From the human T2T-CHM13v2.0 reference genome, Homo sapiens: a stretch of DNA of 64,000 nt. The position numbers and the translations under genes were made by a program. Positions within the stretch are counted from its first letter, which is position 1. The number at the start of each line of letters is the position of its first letter. The DNA lies in assembly GCF_009914755.1 (NCBI RefSeq), contig NC_060926.1. One strand, given 5' to 3'. The notes under the pieces were generated by a model. It saw only the letters and a program-made list of their open reading frames with translations, did no database searches and had not been told where the DNA came from. Positions 38,284-53,340 of this stretch are shown piece after piece.

Positions 38284-40193
38284 ATCCAGTTTAAAATCTA
38301 ATTATTCAATTAGCAATATTGGGAGATAATTTTGTATCTCATGATTAATTTGGTTTCCTTTCTTTGGCACTGAGTCTAAGTGAAATTTTATTTCTTGCTA
38401 CATGTTCATTATTAAATAAGCTTTATACCTAGAGTGATAAAATTGGTATTGTTTTACAAAGCAGAAAGAAAATTTTTGATGGCCTTTTTTACAGTCTTTT
38501 TTCCTTTAAAAATAGTATCATTGTATTTAATTATTAAGTATACACTAAAATTAACTACCAACTAATTTTAATTTTATCTAAATTACTTGAATGTTTCTTT
38601 AAAATCTTCTAGGCAGAAAGGTAGTAGATATATTCCCTACTTGAAGTTATTGGATAACTTTCAAACTGTATTTGTACATTTTTTTCTGTATTAGTCAAAG
38701 CCATTTACTGTTGCAGCCTGTAATCAAAGCTCAACGTACTTAGAAAGACAGCTATAACTACATTATTTCTCTTAAAGCAGGGATGGCTATTGTAAAGAAA
38801 AATCTGACCTGCAGAATTCATGTAGAGAGCCTTTGCATTTGATTGCACATTGGTAAAACAATAAAATCATCTTTCTGCCACCAGTAACTTCAAGAAAAAG
38901 ATAACTCGGTGGGTATATTTTATGCAATATGACAACTTCGAAATCAATGAAGACTTCGTAATTCAAAAAATAGAATAAAGAGATAATATTAAATTATATA
39001 GTTATTCAGCGATGGCTGTTACAGTTACAGATTCTTCTTACTGCTAAAGATGAAATGAAAGAAAGCCCAAATCCTGCAAATGCATTTTTTTGACTTTTGG
39101 AGATGATTATATTAAATTTGAAACACATGAAGCAAAGTGGACTTTATGCAATAGATGAGGTATTTTTATCCAGAAGTAGTTTGTTTAATCGTTTTTTAAA
39201 GTTCATAATTGGGTAACATTAGCTTAATGTACAGAAAAGAAAATCTCCCAGTGTACTTATTATTTATTTCATACGAAATAGCAAATGACCATTTCACACA
39301 ATTGATTCATTGACACTATATCAATAAGGCATCAGCTCTGTCACATTATTTATGTTGCAGTTAATAACTACAACAATGTGGATTTGCATATAGCACATTG
39401 GCAATAATACAGATAAATTCAATTTTGCGATATTTCAAGCAGTTTTAAACTATAAATACTAAACATTTTAATCAAATACATACAGAAATTCTGAAAGATT
39501 AGGAAAAAAATACCTAATAGAGCAGTTATTAAGCCTAGTAGAATTGTAGCTATCTGAAAGTCACCATTACATACCGTTAATCCCCAAATTCCTAAACACA
39601 TACACACACATGCATACACAGCATAATAACCTGCAGAATCAGAGTCATGTTTATTACTTCCTACATGAAGAAAGAGCACTCACTTCACAGGATCTTACTA
39701 GTGTCCCAACAGAGAGAGGTGAGGTGAAAATTTTATGAGGTCTTTGGTTGTAGGATTGAGAGGCTTAAGGTAGGTGTTTCCATATAGGAAATCTGAACAT
39801 GATTGGGCAAATTTTATAATATTTTTCAGATTGGTAGACACCAGAAGTTTAAGGTCTTGGAGGAAACCTGGATAAGTAAAGAACTGTTTAATAAGCAAAT
39901 ACTTCACTCAGTTTAGTAAATCAGTGCCCTGATAAAAAGGCTAAGTGATCAATCTATTTAAAAAAATTCAATTTTGGAAAATTGCTTTCATATACAATGA
40001 AGTTATTGACAGGTTTAGAGCAGTATCTTCCTCAGTAAAAAATTTTCTGGAGAAAATAATAATGTAATGATGATATAGGTAATCTCAGTTCTTAGTACTG
40101 ACTGTTAAGCTACGTTGATGCAGGAATGTCTCTTTCACAGTCACCCCTTTTGGGCATTATTTAGGGGGAACTGGAAAATAAACCATTATGACA

Positions 40194-40510
40194 CTGTCAA
40201 GAACTATAAAAGGTCTGGGATTTGGACATATTTACAATCTAGCAAGTTAGCCTATTACGGTTTCATAGATAGTGGCAGAAGAAGTAAGATTCCTGGGTCA
40301 GAGGCAAAGGACTTCATTACTCATGCAAAATGCAGCAACTAGAGCAGTTCCACATGCCTTCCAAGGCCTATGGAGGGGTGGCAGGTAGGAGGTCAACACA
40401 GGATGGACAATGGACAGATGGTGTCCATTTGGGTAACTGCATTACCTGAGAACAACACTGAATTTGGGAGGTTTTACTACTTTTGTAGCAAGGGAAAGAA
40501 AGTTTGCTCC
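40194..40510 (-). mobile_element. ERVL-class LTR fragment (MER54/MER74-type)
   Basis: 'tgtcaagaactataaaaggtctgggattt...caagttagcct...cctgggtcagaggcaaaggacttcattactca'. Confidence 0.55.
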
Positions 40511-41387
40511 TTTAATAATCCATCCTTCAGCCTAGCATGGTTTCAACCAAACTCAAATTTTCATTTGAGTGTGGAGCTTTGTTGATCACTTCGAGTAATG
40601 TAACCAAAAGAGGATTGGACCAAATCCATTTAATTTTTCTCATACAGTATTTAATTAAAGACAATATTAATATAAGTAGCATCAAGAGACCAACTTGCAG
40701 CATTGACCTCCAGCACTCCCCAGTGTTCCAGATTCAGCCAACTATAAATAAGTCCCGGGGGGAACCAGTAGGTCACTTTTCAGAAAGGAAAAAAGTCTAA
40801 GGCAAGGCTATAATTCATTACAACTTTGTTTAATCTTCTTTAATTCATGGGCTAAGAAAAGATCATTCAGACTTTTCTGTCAAGTACAACTTCATTTTCA
40901 AATTCAATTGAATGTCTGTATAAGTGTTTTCAGGATTATTATTTAAAAATCGCTGAGATAAAATGTAGAATATATTTTCCAAGATGTATTACTAACATAA
41001 GTCAAATTTAGATATCTGTATGTCTGATGTAATTTATTAGTTTATAGGGCACAAAACAAAATAATGCTGCCTCTGATAATGTATGACAATAAATAAAAAG
41101 AGTAACTAAAGCTATAATTTTAAAATTTAGAATTATGATAGAGGACAGTATTCTTTGGTAAACCTATGTGTATGTACCTGACTCTGGTGTTTGTATTTGG
41201 CTGATAATTAATTATGAAAAAAATATGTAGAGAGCATAAATAATCACTTTAATTTTATTAAATAAACAACTGTCTTTATCACTCTAATGACAAAAGATAT
41301 ATAATGATACCAATTAATTAATCTAGAATTTAGTATGTATTTAAACCTTTTAAAAGATGAGCTAATGTGAGAACTGGAATTTCTCGT

Positions 41388-41842
41388 TAAGATCAATTGC
41401 TGGAATATTACTGCGTTCCTTTGGAGGTGTCATATTTCCTTGCTTTTTCATGTTTTCCGTGTCGTTATGTTGATCTCTGCACAACTGGTGTAACAGTTGT
41501 TTCTTCCTGTTTTTGAATTTACTTTTGTTGGCGGGGGGGTTCCTTTTTACTGCGGATGCATCTGTGGTGTTGGTTGGGTAAAACCCTTTGGCTTTGCTTC
41601 TGGGTACATGGAACAGTGAAGCTTCCAGTGATTTCTCTGGCCATAAACAACGTTAGTGGTATCTGTGGTTTCCTCATGGTGTTAGGGTATGGTTATTAGT
41701 GGAGGCTGTGGTGATGTTGTACTGGGGACTGGAATGCCAAATGGGCCCATCTTCAGGCTTCAGTGGTAGTGACGGTGGGTTAAATGTGTCTATCCTTCTG
41801 TCCCGGGGAGGCATACACTGGCACTTGTGTTGGTGGTTTGTT
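41388..41842 (-). mobile_element. L1M/L1PB 5'UTR-ORF1 start fragment
   Basis: 'gttcctttggaggtgtcatatttccttgctttttcatgttt...ctggtgtaacagt' typical of the antisense of an older L1 5' end. Confidence 0.7.
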
Positions 41843-43555
41843 GGAATTAATATTTTATAATATAGTTAGAGTCACTAGATTTATCTACATTTAAAAATTA
41901 TGCACATATAATCTGAAAGAGAACAAGTATTTTTTTATCTGCAGGTTTTTTTCAGTATGTCATGAAAAATACAATAGTCTCCCCCAAATTTCAGTTACAT
42001 TCTGAAATAATCTGTTAACGAATACTGTCTTAGGAAGTTTTAGAAGCAAATTTCAGGATTTATGCTCTCTGCCTTTTTCTAAAATAACTGTCACTCACGA
42101 ACAATGCGTTATCTGAATGGGAGTATGAAAGGGCAAAGAGACTAATAATATTCCACCTCTCCACCATACAATCTGAAATCAGAACATTCCAATAAGGCCA
42201 GACTATGTTGTGGCAAGGCTCATACTTCCTCTGTAACTGAAATTTTATAAGACAGAGCAATAAAAGTTGCATCCCATTTTATGGAATTTTGAATAATCTT
42301 ATTAACAATCTGATATAGCTATTGTATAGTTTTATTGACAATATGTATAATGTTAATAGTATTGATTTTTTCACTGAACTTTTTATCTGATAATTTGAAA
42401 TACTTGATAAACTTATATACAATAAGATGATTAAATACCATTATGCTAAATGTGGTGGGTAGGGAAATCAAGTAATTTATTAGTTTGATAAACTTGATCC
42501 TCACTATAATGATTTCTCAAAATAATTTTTATGTGTTCAGTTGTAACAAATCACAGAATAAAGAAATAATCAGCCCTAACAGTTGCAGATCCTCCAACAT
42601 ATTTGTCAAATGGTTAGTCCCTAATTACATCACATGATATTATTTTTTTCCTTGGTTTCAGCTCACATACTAGTAGCATAGATAAAATTTTTGCCACATA
42701 TATATTTCAATAATGTTTTTAATTAAATATGCTATTAATAGTAGTGCATTTTCAGATCATAAATGATGTAAAGTGGTTAATTTCATACCCTTATATTTGC
42801 ATTTAGTTTTAAATTACAGATTAGACATTGTGAATTTTTCTTAAGTTCAAAATGATAACCCATATAAGATAGGATTGATGTCATTTTTGTATACCCTCTG
42901 GCGTTTCTTTATTACAATGTCTGTAATACAAAATGTATGTCTCTGTGTCTTTCTCTTCACTAGCTGAACTTTATTTTAAATATTTTCTCTGAAATTGCTG
43001 CTACTTTGAGTTTAACATTCCACTGACAAATGATCAAAATATAAAAATGCATATACTCACCTACATTAGGAAGAAATTATCTTCTATAGACTCTTAGCAT
43101 AGGAATCCAAATGAAAATACAACAAAAGTTAGTTTCCTAAAAATTCTAGTAACCTGAGAGATAAATTTATAACTTGGCAGGGAGCTCAAAATGGGCAATA
43201 TACCTTTTGTTCCGAAATGAGATCTCTAACTGCATTGCCAAGTTTTGAGTCAGATAGCTATATTTTTATGATTTTCACAGTACTATATGCATTTTCTATA
43301 GATCTTTCTTTTTGCTTCATGCACCGTAAGAATTGATAGTGCTTCTGGCTCTGATTACTTATCTTCTTTTTCACACTCAAGCTATACAATGTTTAAGAGT
43401 AGTAGGAAATATTTTATCTCTTACATAATAGGGAGAACAATGTGGTAACCTTCATTTGTTCCCTGCCAAACTGTTCCTCCACTCAGCCGCAGATCTGCAC
43501 CACTAGTGCAGGAATAGCTCACCCAACTGCACTCACTTAAATTTTCCCCTAGTAG

Positions 43556-44032
<477 letters not shown>

Positions 44033-44414
44033 TAAATCTTATTCATTTATTTTTTACATTCATCCAGCAATAATTCATTCATTATTATTTTATTTATTCA
44101 CACTTTTTGTTACTCAGTGGTAATGGAAATTAATGGATAAAAAAATCTAAGAGTATATCAAACATACCAAGAGTGAAAAAAAAGTGATTTTATGACATTT
44201 TTAGTTTCTATTAGTTTAGTATCATTTTTATGATGAAAATCAGAAATGAAAACAAGAGCATTGTAGGAGTTTGTATAAATTTCAGAGAGTTGGGTGAGAA
44301 AATGAATTAGTTTGATTTTAGAAAACATAAACAAATGCATAATTATTTACAATTTAATCAAAAACATAATGAAGAATATTTCCCAAAGTAAATTTATCAT
44401 TTGAAAAAGTGACC

Positions 44415-45900
44415 AAGTGATGTTATGGAAGACGGTGGAGTAGGAGGATCAGGAATGAGTTTCTTCACTGAAATAACTGAAGAGCTGACAAGAAATGTCA
44501 GATTTGACTATTTCAGAACTCTGGAATCTAGGCCAACACTTTCAGTGTCCAGAGAAGTGCTTGATTAAAAAAAACAACATGCAGATAAATTTCACCAAGT
44601 ATTGACGATTCACATAACATATACAGTGCCCTTCTTTGGCCCCATAGAGGCTGGCTATTGTTTCAACCCCATCATTTTGAAGCAGCTTCTTGGGCAGTGT
44701 TCATTGAAATAATTTAAAGAGACAGAATACTTTTTATTTCTTCTACATTCAAGCACTTGAGGACATTCCAGTCATGTCACGGGCTGACTGTAGAGAAAAT
44801 GGAACATATGACAAGGAATGTAATCCTTGGAAAAGAAGTTTGGAAAAATCACTAAACAAATGGATGACTGTGGCCCTCAACAAGCAGCAACAACAATACC
44901 TGGGGAGAAGAGAGAATTTTATTTACAGAGTTATCACATTACAACATTACAAATGTATAGCTCTCAACAAATATTATAAAGAATACAGAGAAATACAAAA
45001 GTATGAATCATTCACATTTCAAAAGAAATCAACAGAAACTGTCTCTGATGAAGCGCAGAAACTGGACTTACTAGAAAAGACTAACTGCTTTCAGTATGCT
45101 GAAAACACTAACAAATAAAAAAGACAATCAAGATGATGTCTAGGAACATGTAAAGATTATTAATCAGATTACAAATTACAGGAAGAACCAAATAGAAATT
45201 CTGGTGCTTAAAATTCAAATATTAAAATAAAAATTCACTGGAGAGATGCAACAGTAGATTTGTGCAGCCAGAATAAATAATTAGGGTACTTGAAGAGAGG
45301 TCTATTGAAATTAACCAGTCTGAAGAATAGAAGGAAAGAAATAGACAAAAATGAGCAGAGGCTAAGGGAATTATGGGATATCATATAGCATACCAACATA
45401 CTAATTATGGTAGTTTCCAAAAGAAGAAAGGAAGAAAAATAGTCAAAAAATGTTTTTAAAATGGCGAAATGTCCTAAATTTAATAAAACATATGCAACTA
45501 CATATCCAAGAATTTCTATAAATTCTAAGCAGATGAAGTCAGAGATCCACACCAAAAATAATCATAAACAATCTGTTGAAAGCCAGACAAAATAATATTG
45601 AAAGTCGTAAAAAAGAAGTGACTCATAGGGTACAGAGAATCCTCAGAAAGATTAGAAGACACTTTCTCATCAAACAAACAAATATATTGTCATTCAAGAA
45701 TTAAATATCCAGCAAAACTATTCTTCAAAGATAAAAGAGAAATTAAAACATCCAAGATCAATAAAAGCTAAAGGAACAAGTTCCTAATACACCTGACCTA
45801 TAGTAAATGCTGAAAAGAGTCCTTCAGGTGGAAAATCAATGAACATTAGTAGATAATTCAAATCCAAAACAAAAAAAATCTGATAAATCTATAAAAACTA
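44415..45900 (+). mobile_element. Ancient L1M (L1M4/L1MD-like) 5'UTR and ORF1 remnant
   Basis: 'gaaactgtctctgatgaagcgcagaaactggacttactag','aaccaaatagaaattctgg','tatccagcaaaactattcttcaaa'. Confidence 0.8.
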
Positions 45901-45923
45901 GTGTGATTATGTTTTTTTGGTAT

Positions 45924-46077
45924 CTCCTGTTTTTGTTTTAATTATTACAAATAATATTATACAAAATATGTTAAACAAACATTAAATAAAACAATAGTAA
46001 CTCCTGTTTTGGCATTAATTATCACAAATATACAAAATATATTAAACAAATATAATAATATGAAACAAAACAATAAT
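45924..46077. repeat. Degenerate tandem duplication, period about 77
   Basis: ctcctgtttt..taattat.acaaata..tacaaaatat.ttaaacaaa at 45924 and 46001. Confidence 0.75.
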
Positions 46078-46089
46078 ATTAAACAGTTG

Positions 46090-48110
46090 ATTAATCAGGT
46101 AAATATGTGGGTGTAGAACATGACTGTCTATACTCTCTGGGTTTTTATCTTTTCCCTTTGATTTATATGTCTATCATTGATCTAATGCCACACATTCTTC
46201 ATTCTAGAAAGTAAATGTTGAACTTGGGTAATGCAAGTCTCTCAAATTTATTTTTCAAAATTGTTTCAGATATTCTAACTCCTTTATATTTATATATAAA
46301 TTTTAGGTTCAGCCTGTCAATTTTGACAAAAATTGCTTACTGGAATTTTGATTGTGAATACATTAAATAAGTTAATTTTTGGAGAATGTACACATTATAT
46401 CACTTATATTTAGGTCCATTTTTATCTCTGTGACAGTTTTTTTGAGACAGCATCTTGTTAAGTTGCCCAGAATGCTGAACTCAAACTCCTGAGCTCAAGG
46501 GATCCTCTCACCTCATCTTCCCAAGCAGCTGGGACTACAGGAATGCCCCACTGCAGCCAGCTCTATTTTGCGGTTGAAATTTAAATATGTGGCATGTATT
46601 CCTTTAAATTTATGTTAAGTAATTTTATATTTTTATGTAATTTTAAGGGTAAAAATTTTAAACTTTAACAGTTGTTCATTTCCAGAAAACAGAAGTACAA
46701 TTTATTTTTGTATACTGACCTATATTCTATGACCTTTTCAAATTCACTTACTTTTTGAAAATTGCATAATATTATCTGCTAAACTGATCACATTGTCTTT
46801 GAGTGAAGTCAGTTTTATTTCTTTTTTTCCAATCTGTTTCTTTGATATATTTTCTGGCCCTATTGCACTGAATAATACCACTGTAAAGCACTGAATAGAA
46901 GTAATGAGAGTGAACATTCTTGATTTTTCGTAATGTTCATGGAAATCATTCTTTCACTATACAAATATAATTTAACTCTAGATTTTTTTATAAATGGTTC
47001 TTATCAAAACGAAGAAGTTCTCTACCATTCTTGGGTTGCAACAATTTCTAACATAGTGGTTGTTGAAATTTCCAAAATGCTGTATCTACATCTACTGAGA
47101 TAATTTCATGTTATTCTTCAAAATATAAATATGGTCCTTTATAATGATTAATCTTCAAATATTCACCAACCTTACATACAGTAGGATAGAGCCACTTGGT
47201 CATGATGTATCAGCTACTATATCTATTGCTAGAATATTTTCTCATATTGGGCTAGAAAATTTTAAGTTTATGTAATGAATGTGATACTTTTTTTACTTTT
47301 ATATTTTTATAATGTGTTGAGTTTTAATAGCACTGGTTTTATAAAATTAGTTGTGTGACATCTCATCTTCATTTTTAGAAGAGTATTATGTAATTTCTAT
47401 TATTTCTTCATTAAATATTTGGTAGAATTCATTAGGAAAGGCATCTTTGTCTTGATCTTTGTGAGAGTGTAATAAAGACTCATTTTCTGTAATAGATTTA
47501 GAGCTAATTAGGCAATTATTTTTGTAAGTGAGATTTGATGGTTTGTGTCTCACAAGAAATATGTCCATTTCAACTCAGCTGTTTAATGGGTTGACATTCC
47601 AATGTCAGTAATACATGTAATGTGTGCTTTCTTATGTTTTTTGAAAAATCAGCCCAAAGGTTTACAATTTTATTAATCTTAAAAAAACCCTACCATTGCT
47701 ATATTTTCTCTATCCTTTCTTCATTTTCTAATTCATTGACTTCTGATTTTATATTTATTTTCTTTGTCCTTCTTATATCAATTTATTATTTTTAATGTGG
47801 AACCTTACATCATTAATTGAAGACTTTTCTTCCCTTACAACATAAGCATATAATGATACATATATTTTTAGGATTGTTTTAGTGATACCACACAAATTTT
47901 CACTAAGATGTTTCCATTTTTCCATTAAAATAATTTATAAATTTCTTTATAACTTTCTATTTAACCTATCAGTTGTTTGAAAGTATGTGTTATATTTCCA
48001 AATATTTGGCAGTTTTCCTGTATCTTTCTGTTATTAACTTCTACTTTAATTTTGTCATGGTCTAAGAATATATTTTGTACGTTTTTATTTGGTGAAATAA
48101 TACATCATTG
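46090..48110 (-). mobile_element. Ancient L1ME ORF2 remnant
   Basis: T-rich antisense L1: 'ctgaatagaagtaatgagagtgaacattcttg','ccacttggtcatgatgtat','ttcattaaatatttggtagaattca'. Confidence 0.75.
46437..46562 (-). mobile_element. Alu monomer (FLAM) nested in L1ME
   Basis: 'gagacag..tctt...gttgcccag...ctcaaactcctgagctcaagggatcctc...gctgggactacagg'. Confidence 0.85.
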
Positions 48111-48751
48111 ACTGATTTCAATTATTTAAGTTTGTTTTATTTTGTTTTGTTTTATGTTTATTAGCTCTTCTCATATAAGCCTAAACATATGAACATAAAC
48201 GATACAATTTAAAAGATTAAAAATATCCTACAGATCTAAATATGGTGATTTTGCCTTCTGCTTACATATGTTAAGTTTTGAAAACTCACACAAATAATAG
48301 CTCCCTGATATATACTTAGATTCCTTGTCACTCCCTGCTGTGTTTGTATAAATCTTCTTTGAGCTTCGAGATGTTCTGTAGCAGTATATAATACGCTCCG
48401 TGAGAGACAACCTGGTGATGTATGATATGCATGGGTGACTCTCCTAAGAAGTATAATAGGCCTGTTGAAGCCAAATTCCTCTTTGAGGGAAGACTGTATG
48501 ATTAACTGGTGTATACAGTGGTGGAATAGTTGTTATTGAGTTATCTCTTTCCAGAACATTGTATGTGTGGTTGTCATAGAAAATGACCTAAGAGGCTCAT
48601 GGTTACCCAAGCAATTGTCGTTTTATTCACACATCTTGAAAAGCTAAGTCCAAAACATAATAAACATAACATAATCAACATTCTCTTCCTTTGATTTGCT
48701 CTTTTTTTCTCTTCCTCTCTCTGTTCTATGTTCTCCTCTCTTATTTTAGAC

Positions 48752-49206
48752 AAGACTCACAAAATTAACGATCGTTACATGAAAAGAATAAAAGGTTTGA
48801 GTTACTTCTTTATAATGAGATATACATTTGGAATCATAGTAATTTAATTAAGATTTCTAGTATAAAATTAATGCAAATTTAATATAAAGATTACATTTAG
48901 GAAACATAACATGTACCCAGAACATTGCACTTGGTATACAGCATTTAATATGTCACTCTTGTTTTTCTTCTACAAGAGACACAAAGAATGTTTTCTTATT
49001 TATCTGTTGGTATACTCTGAATCATTACACTTCTTCTTAGAAACAGTCAACAAAAGTCATACCATGATGAGATCTGGATGTAAATCAAGATCTGTTTTTA
49101 AGACTCGCAAAATTAATAAACTTTTTATGAAAAGAGTAAAAAGTTTGAGTTACTTCTTTATAATGAGATATACATTTGGAAGCATAGTAGTTGAATTAAA
49201 TTTCTA
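48752..49206. repeat. Dispersed direct repeat of about 108 bp (48752-48859 and 49100-49206)
   Basis: 39-bp identical core gtttgagttacttctttataatgagatatacatttggaa at 48795-48833 and 49143-49181; offset 348. Confidence 0.9.
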
Positions 49207-49627
49207 ACACAAAAAAGAATGTAATGAAGCACAGGGTCCATGATAAAAAATAAAACATGCTTAATAATAAATGGAACTCAGAAGAACATAATACACTCAT
49301 TTTTAAATATATCTAGTCTTAAAAAATAGATAATCAGAAGACAGTAAAATATTTTAAGCAAAGAGTAATTTGGTTAGATTTATAATCTGAAATATAATAA
49401 CAAAAATAAGGTAGTAACCACAATAACCACTTAATTCTGACAGTGGTGGGTGATGGTTAGGAATGAACAGAATATTATGAAGGGACTGTCAATAGGCCGT
49501 TTCACTGAGTCAATATAAAAGATACAGAGAAATTTAACCAAAACAGTTGAGAGAATGAATAAGAGGAAACAAATTTGTGAAATATGTGGGCAATATAATA
49601 GAGACAACTTTGCCAAATAGATGAATA

Positions 49628-49940
49628 GATGGAATCTTGAGGACATTACGCTAAGTGAAATAAGCCAATCACAAAAAGACAAATATCTATGATTTCACTT
49701 ATATGTGTCTCCTAGTGTAGTCAAATTAATAGAGACAGAAAAGTAGAATGGTGGTTGCCAGAGATTAAGGGACAGTGGAATATGGAGTTAGTGTTCAATG
49801 GGTATAGTTTCAGTTTTGTAAGGCGAAAAGAGTTCTGGAGATGAATGATGGGAATGGTTACACAACTATATGAATGTATGTAATACTACTGAGCTGTACA
49901 TTTAAAAGTAGTTATGTGTATTTTACCACAATAAAAATAT
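49628..49940 (+). mobile_element. L1MB 3'UTR fragment
   Basis: 'cttgaggacattacgctaagtgaaataagcc...gagttctggagatg...tattttaccacaataaaaa'. Confidence 0.85.
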
Positions 49941-50001
49941 TTTATTAAAAAGAAAACATTAGAATATATTAGAAATACTTTATATAAAACAGTATGTCTG
50001 T

Positions 50002-50323
<322 letters not shown>

Positions 50324-51210
50324 CTAAAAATTAAAAAAAAAAACTGTTAAATCAATCAACAAATATTTATTGAATGCCAAGTGGTGTAGTTCCAAAGAAC
50401 AGAAGTACATTTTTTCCCCAAGACAATACATAAGAACATTATGACACAAAGAGAGACAAAGAGAGGAAGATGGAAAAGGTATTTCTTCATAGATGATTTG
50501 ATCTCCTTGAAATACAAGATGAAATTATTTCTTAGGCTTAGGACAGGAGAGATGTAGTTTTCAGAATAGTTGATAATTATGTACAACAATGAGAAAGGAA
50601 CTTAGGCATAGAAAAGTTTATAAATCAAATGTGACTACTTATATAATTTAATACATTTTATAAATATAATTATGGAATGAACAGACCATAATGTTAAAAC
50701 CATCAATAAGCAAACTGCATTATATCTCTTTTAGGGGACTAAAAAAAAAAAGATTTAAAATGAGCAATTCTTGGGCTCTGTCTAGAAAAGACTTATTAGA
50801 AGATATAAATTTAAAAGGTTTCATGATACTTTCCATTTGTGAAAAGCAGAAAGCAAAGAAAAATTGTTACAGAAAAGAACAATATACGAGAAGTAAATGG
50901 AGCCCTAAAATGTTACTGGAACACAGAATGAGTTATGCGACCCTAATATTTCAGAGTCAGAAACTGGAGAAAACTATAAACAGGGAAAGAAGCAGACTCT
51001 TCCAGCATCACTTGCTGATAGCAGCAGAGTAAGTAAACTCATATCAGCTGGGCCGAGCATTTTAACACAGAATTTAACAAGTTCTGCCAATATATTTGTC
51101 TCATCTGTCACTCAGGTATCAGGAAAGAAAAGGATGATTGAGCTTGAGGACTTTGGTTTTTAAATGGGTAAAATGTGGTAAAAACAAATCAGGATGAATG
51201 TTATGGGGAC

Positions 51211-51672
51211 TGTCATGGTTAATTTAACATGTCAACTTGTTTGGGCCATAGTACACAGTATTAGTCAAATACCAGTCTAGATATTGCTGTGAAGGTAATT
51301 TTTATGACGTAATTAACATGTAAATCAGTAGACTTTATAGCCTAGCTGATTACTCATCACAATGTGGGTGGACCCCATCCAATCAATTGAAGGCGTAAGA
51401 GAAAGGACTGAAGTTCCTTGAAGAAGAAGGAATATGCTTCCAGATAGCCTTCAACTAGAGAAAGTAACAATAACTTTTCCCTCGGTCTCTAGCTTGCTAG
51501 TATCCAAATCCTTTAAAATAAATCTCTGTGTGTGTGTGTGTGTGTGTGTGTGTTTGTGTAAATATAAATATATTAAATAAGTCAATATGTATGTGTGTAT
51601 ATATAGGCATAAATGTATATATATAAACACATCCTATTGGCTATTTCTTTAATGCAGAAACCCAGAGTAATA
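51211..51672 (+). mobile_element. ERVL LTR (MLT2C/D-like) with internal (TG)n at about 51526-51552
   Basis: Starts tgtcatggttaattt...gtcaactt; 'aatgtgggtggaccccatccaatc'; ends catcctattgg...cccagagtaata. Confidence 0.85.
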
Positions 51673-52139
51673 ACCCAAATGATGATGTAAAATTCTAATA
51701 TAAAACTAAGAGATTAAATTTTGAGTCAGTGAGAAAGATAAACGCTAGTCCTAATAATGAAATGTCGTTAATTAACTTACGTAAAACAATATTTGCCAAT
51801 ACTTCTCTCATGAGATATTGTTTAAACAAATAAACAAAAGACAATAAAAAAGAAAAAAGAGCAACAGTATCTAGTAAATTGAAAAAATGTTGCATTGAAT
51901 AGCTTTCACATCAGATTTATAATATTTATATTATTTGATTCACATCAAATAATGTGTCAGAAATCTTTCAGTAAAGGCAATTGTTTAGCTTTATTTAACC
52001 CTTTCAGTAAACACTATTGTTTGGACATTATTTGTCCTAGGATTTCACAAGTTCATTTGACTATCAAATCCTGAATGGAGTGTATGTTTAGTAAATGCTT
52101 ATATGAAGCTTTGAATAGGACTAAGAAGAAAAGAAGAGC

Positions 52140-52444
52140 ATATTAGCCTGTGCTAACAGAATTCCACAGACAGGGTGGCTTAAAAATCAAAGTACTGACA
52201 GAGTTGTTTTCTTCAAAATCCTCTCTCCCTGGCTTGCAGACCACACTGCTTTTTCTTTGTGCACATGCATTGCTGGTGTCTCTTCCTATTCTTAAGGACA
52301 CTTGTTCTATTGAATTAGAACCTCGCCCTTATGACCACATTTAACCTTAACTACCTACTTAAAAGCCCTCTCTCCAAATATAGTCATGTTGTGGGTAAAG
52401 AGTTAAACCTATAAATTTGAAGGGACAAAATTCAGTCCATAACA
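52140..52444 (-). mobile_element. MaLR LTR (MLT1B-like), internally deleted
   Basis: 'cccttatgaccacatttaaccttaactacc...ctccaaatatagtca...gggacaaaattcagtccataaca'. Confidence 0.8.
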
Positions 52445-53179
52445 GTGATTTCTTTTCCCTCTTAATGTGGTTGCTTATATTGGTAAGACTGATGGATTTT
52501 ATCTGGCCAGCTTGTAAGCATGATACCTTTTTTCATCTAATTAAACTGACATGCTGAAACATTATACCAATCCTTGAGAAATATGAAATGCCAATTTAAC
52601 CATCAATAAATACAATATGTTCCAAGAAAGTTAAATGCTTGCTTACACATCACAGTGCAATCTCTTAATCTATCACTTTTCTGAGTGTTATTTTTTACTT
52701 TCTGTACTTATAATGGACCAGTTAAAATATGTTTTGCACTTCATAAGGTAATATGACAGTTCGATCGTGTTTTTTTTTTTTCCTTTTTGTTTGTTTGTTC
52801 ATTTGGTTTTGTTTGTTTTAGAAAACTCACACCAGAGGCCAGCATTCCCAGGGATCGCAGGATGGCATGGATTCCTGAAGGACCCAAGAGTTTCTCTCCT
52901 CTACTGGAGAACGTGTCCAAATTGTAGCCCATTCCAGAAATTGATTACATTTTTATGAGAAGTTTCTGTCAAGCTGAGGGCCCAGGAGTTCATATCATCT
53001 TCAGGATGTTTAGCATGGCCAGGTGAATTCAATTTTTCAGAAACAGAATTTAAAGGATTATGCAAACGATGCAATTCCATTGCATCATAAGCCCCAGAGG
53101 CTTATCTGTGTTATACAAAAGATTTAAAGATTTAAACAATTATGTTCACTTACTGATTCCAGCAATTATTAAAACAGAA

Positions 53180-53340
53180 CTTTTTCCAAAGTGGTTCCAG
53201 GATGAGCATTATCAGCATCACCTGGGAACTTGTTAGAGATGCAAATTCTTGGAACTCACCACCAGTCCTCCTGAATCAGAAACTCTGGAAGTAGGGTTCA
53301 GCAATCTGTGTCTTACCAATCTGTCCAGGTAATTCTAATA
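53180..53340. mobile_element. MER5A (hAT-Charlie) DNA transposon
   Basis: 'atcagcatcacctgggaacttgttagagatgcaaattct...ctgaatcagaaactctgg'. Confidence 0.85.

Noticed and set aside
38077-38301. Cys/Tyr/Ile-rich ORFs (also 59905-60299 and 63311-63553)
   Set aside because: Translations of dinucleotide low-complexity repeats.
48752-49206. Direct repeats as LTRs of a miniature retroelement (TRIM-like)
   Set aside because: No TG...CA termini, primer-binding site, polypurine tract or TSD visible; kept only as an unexplained duplication.
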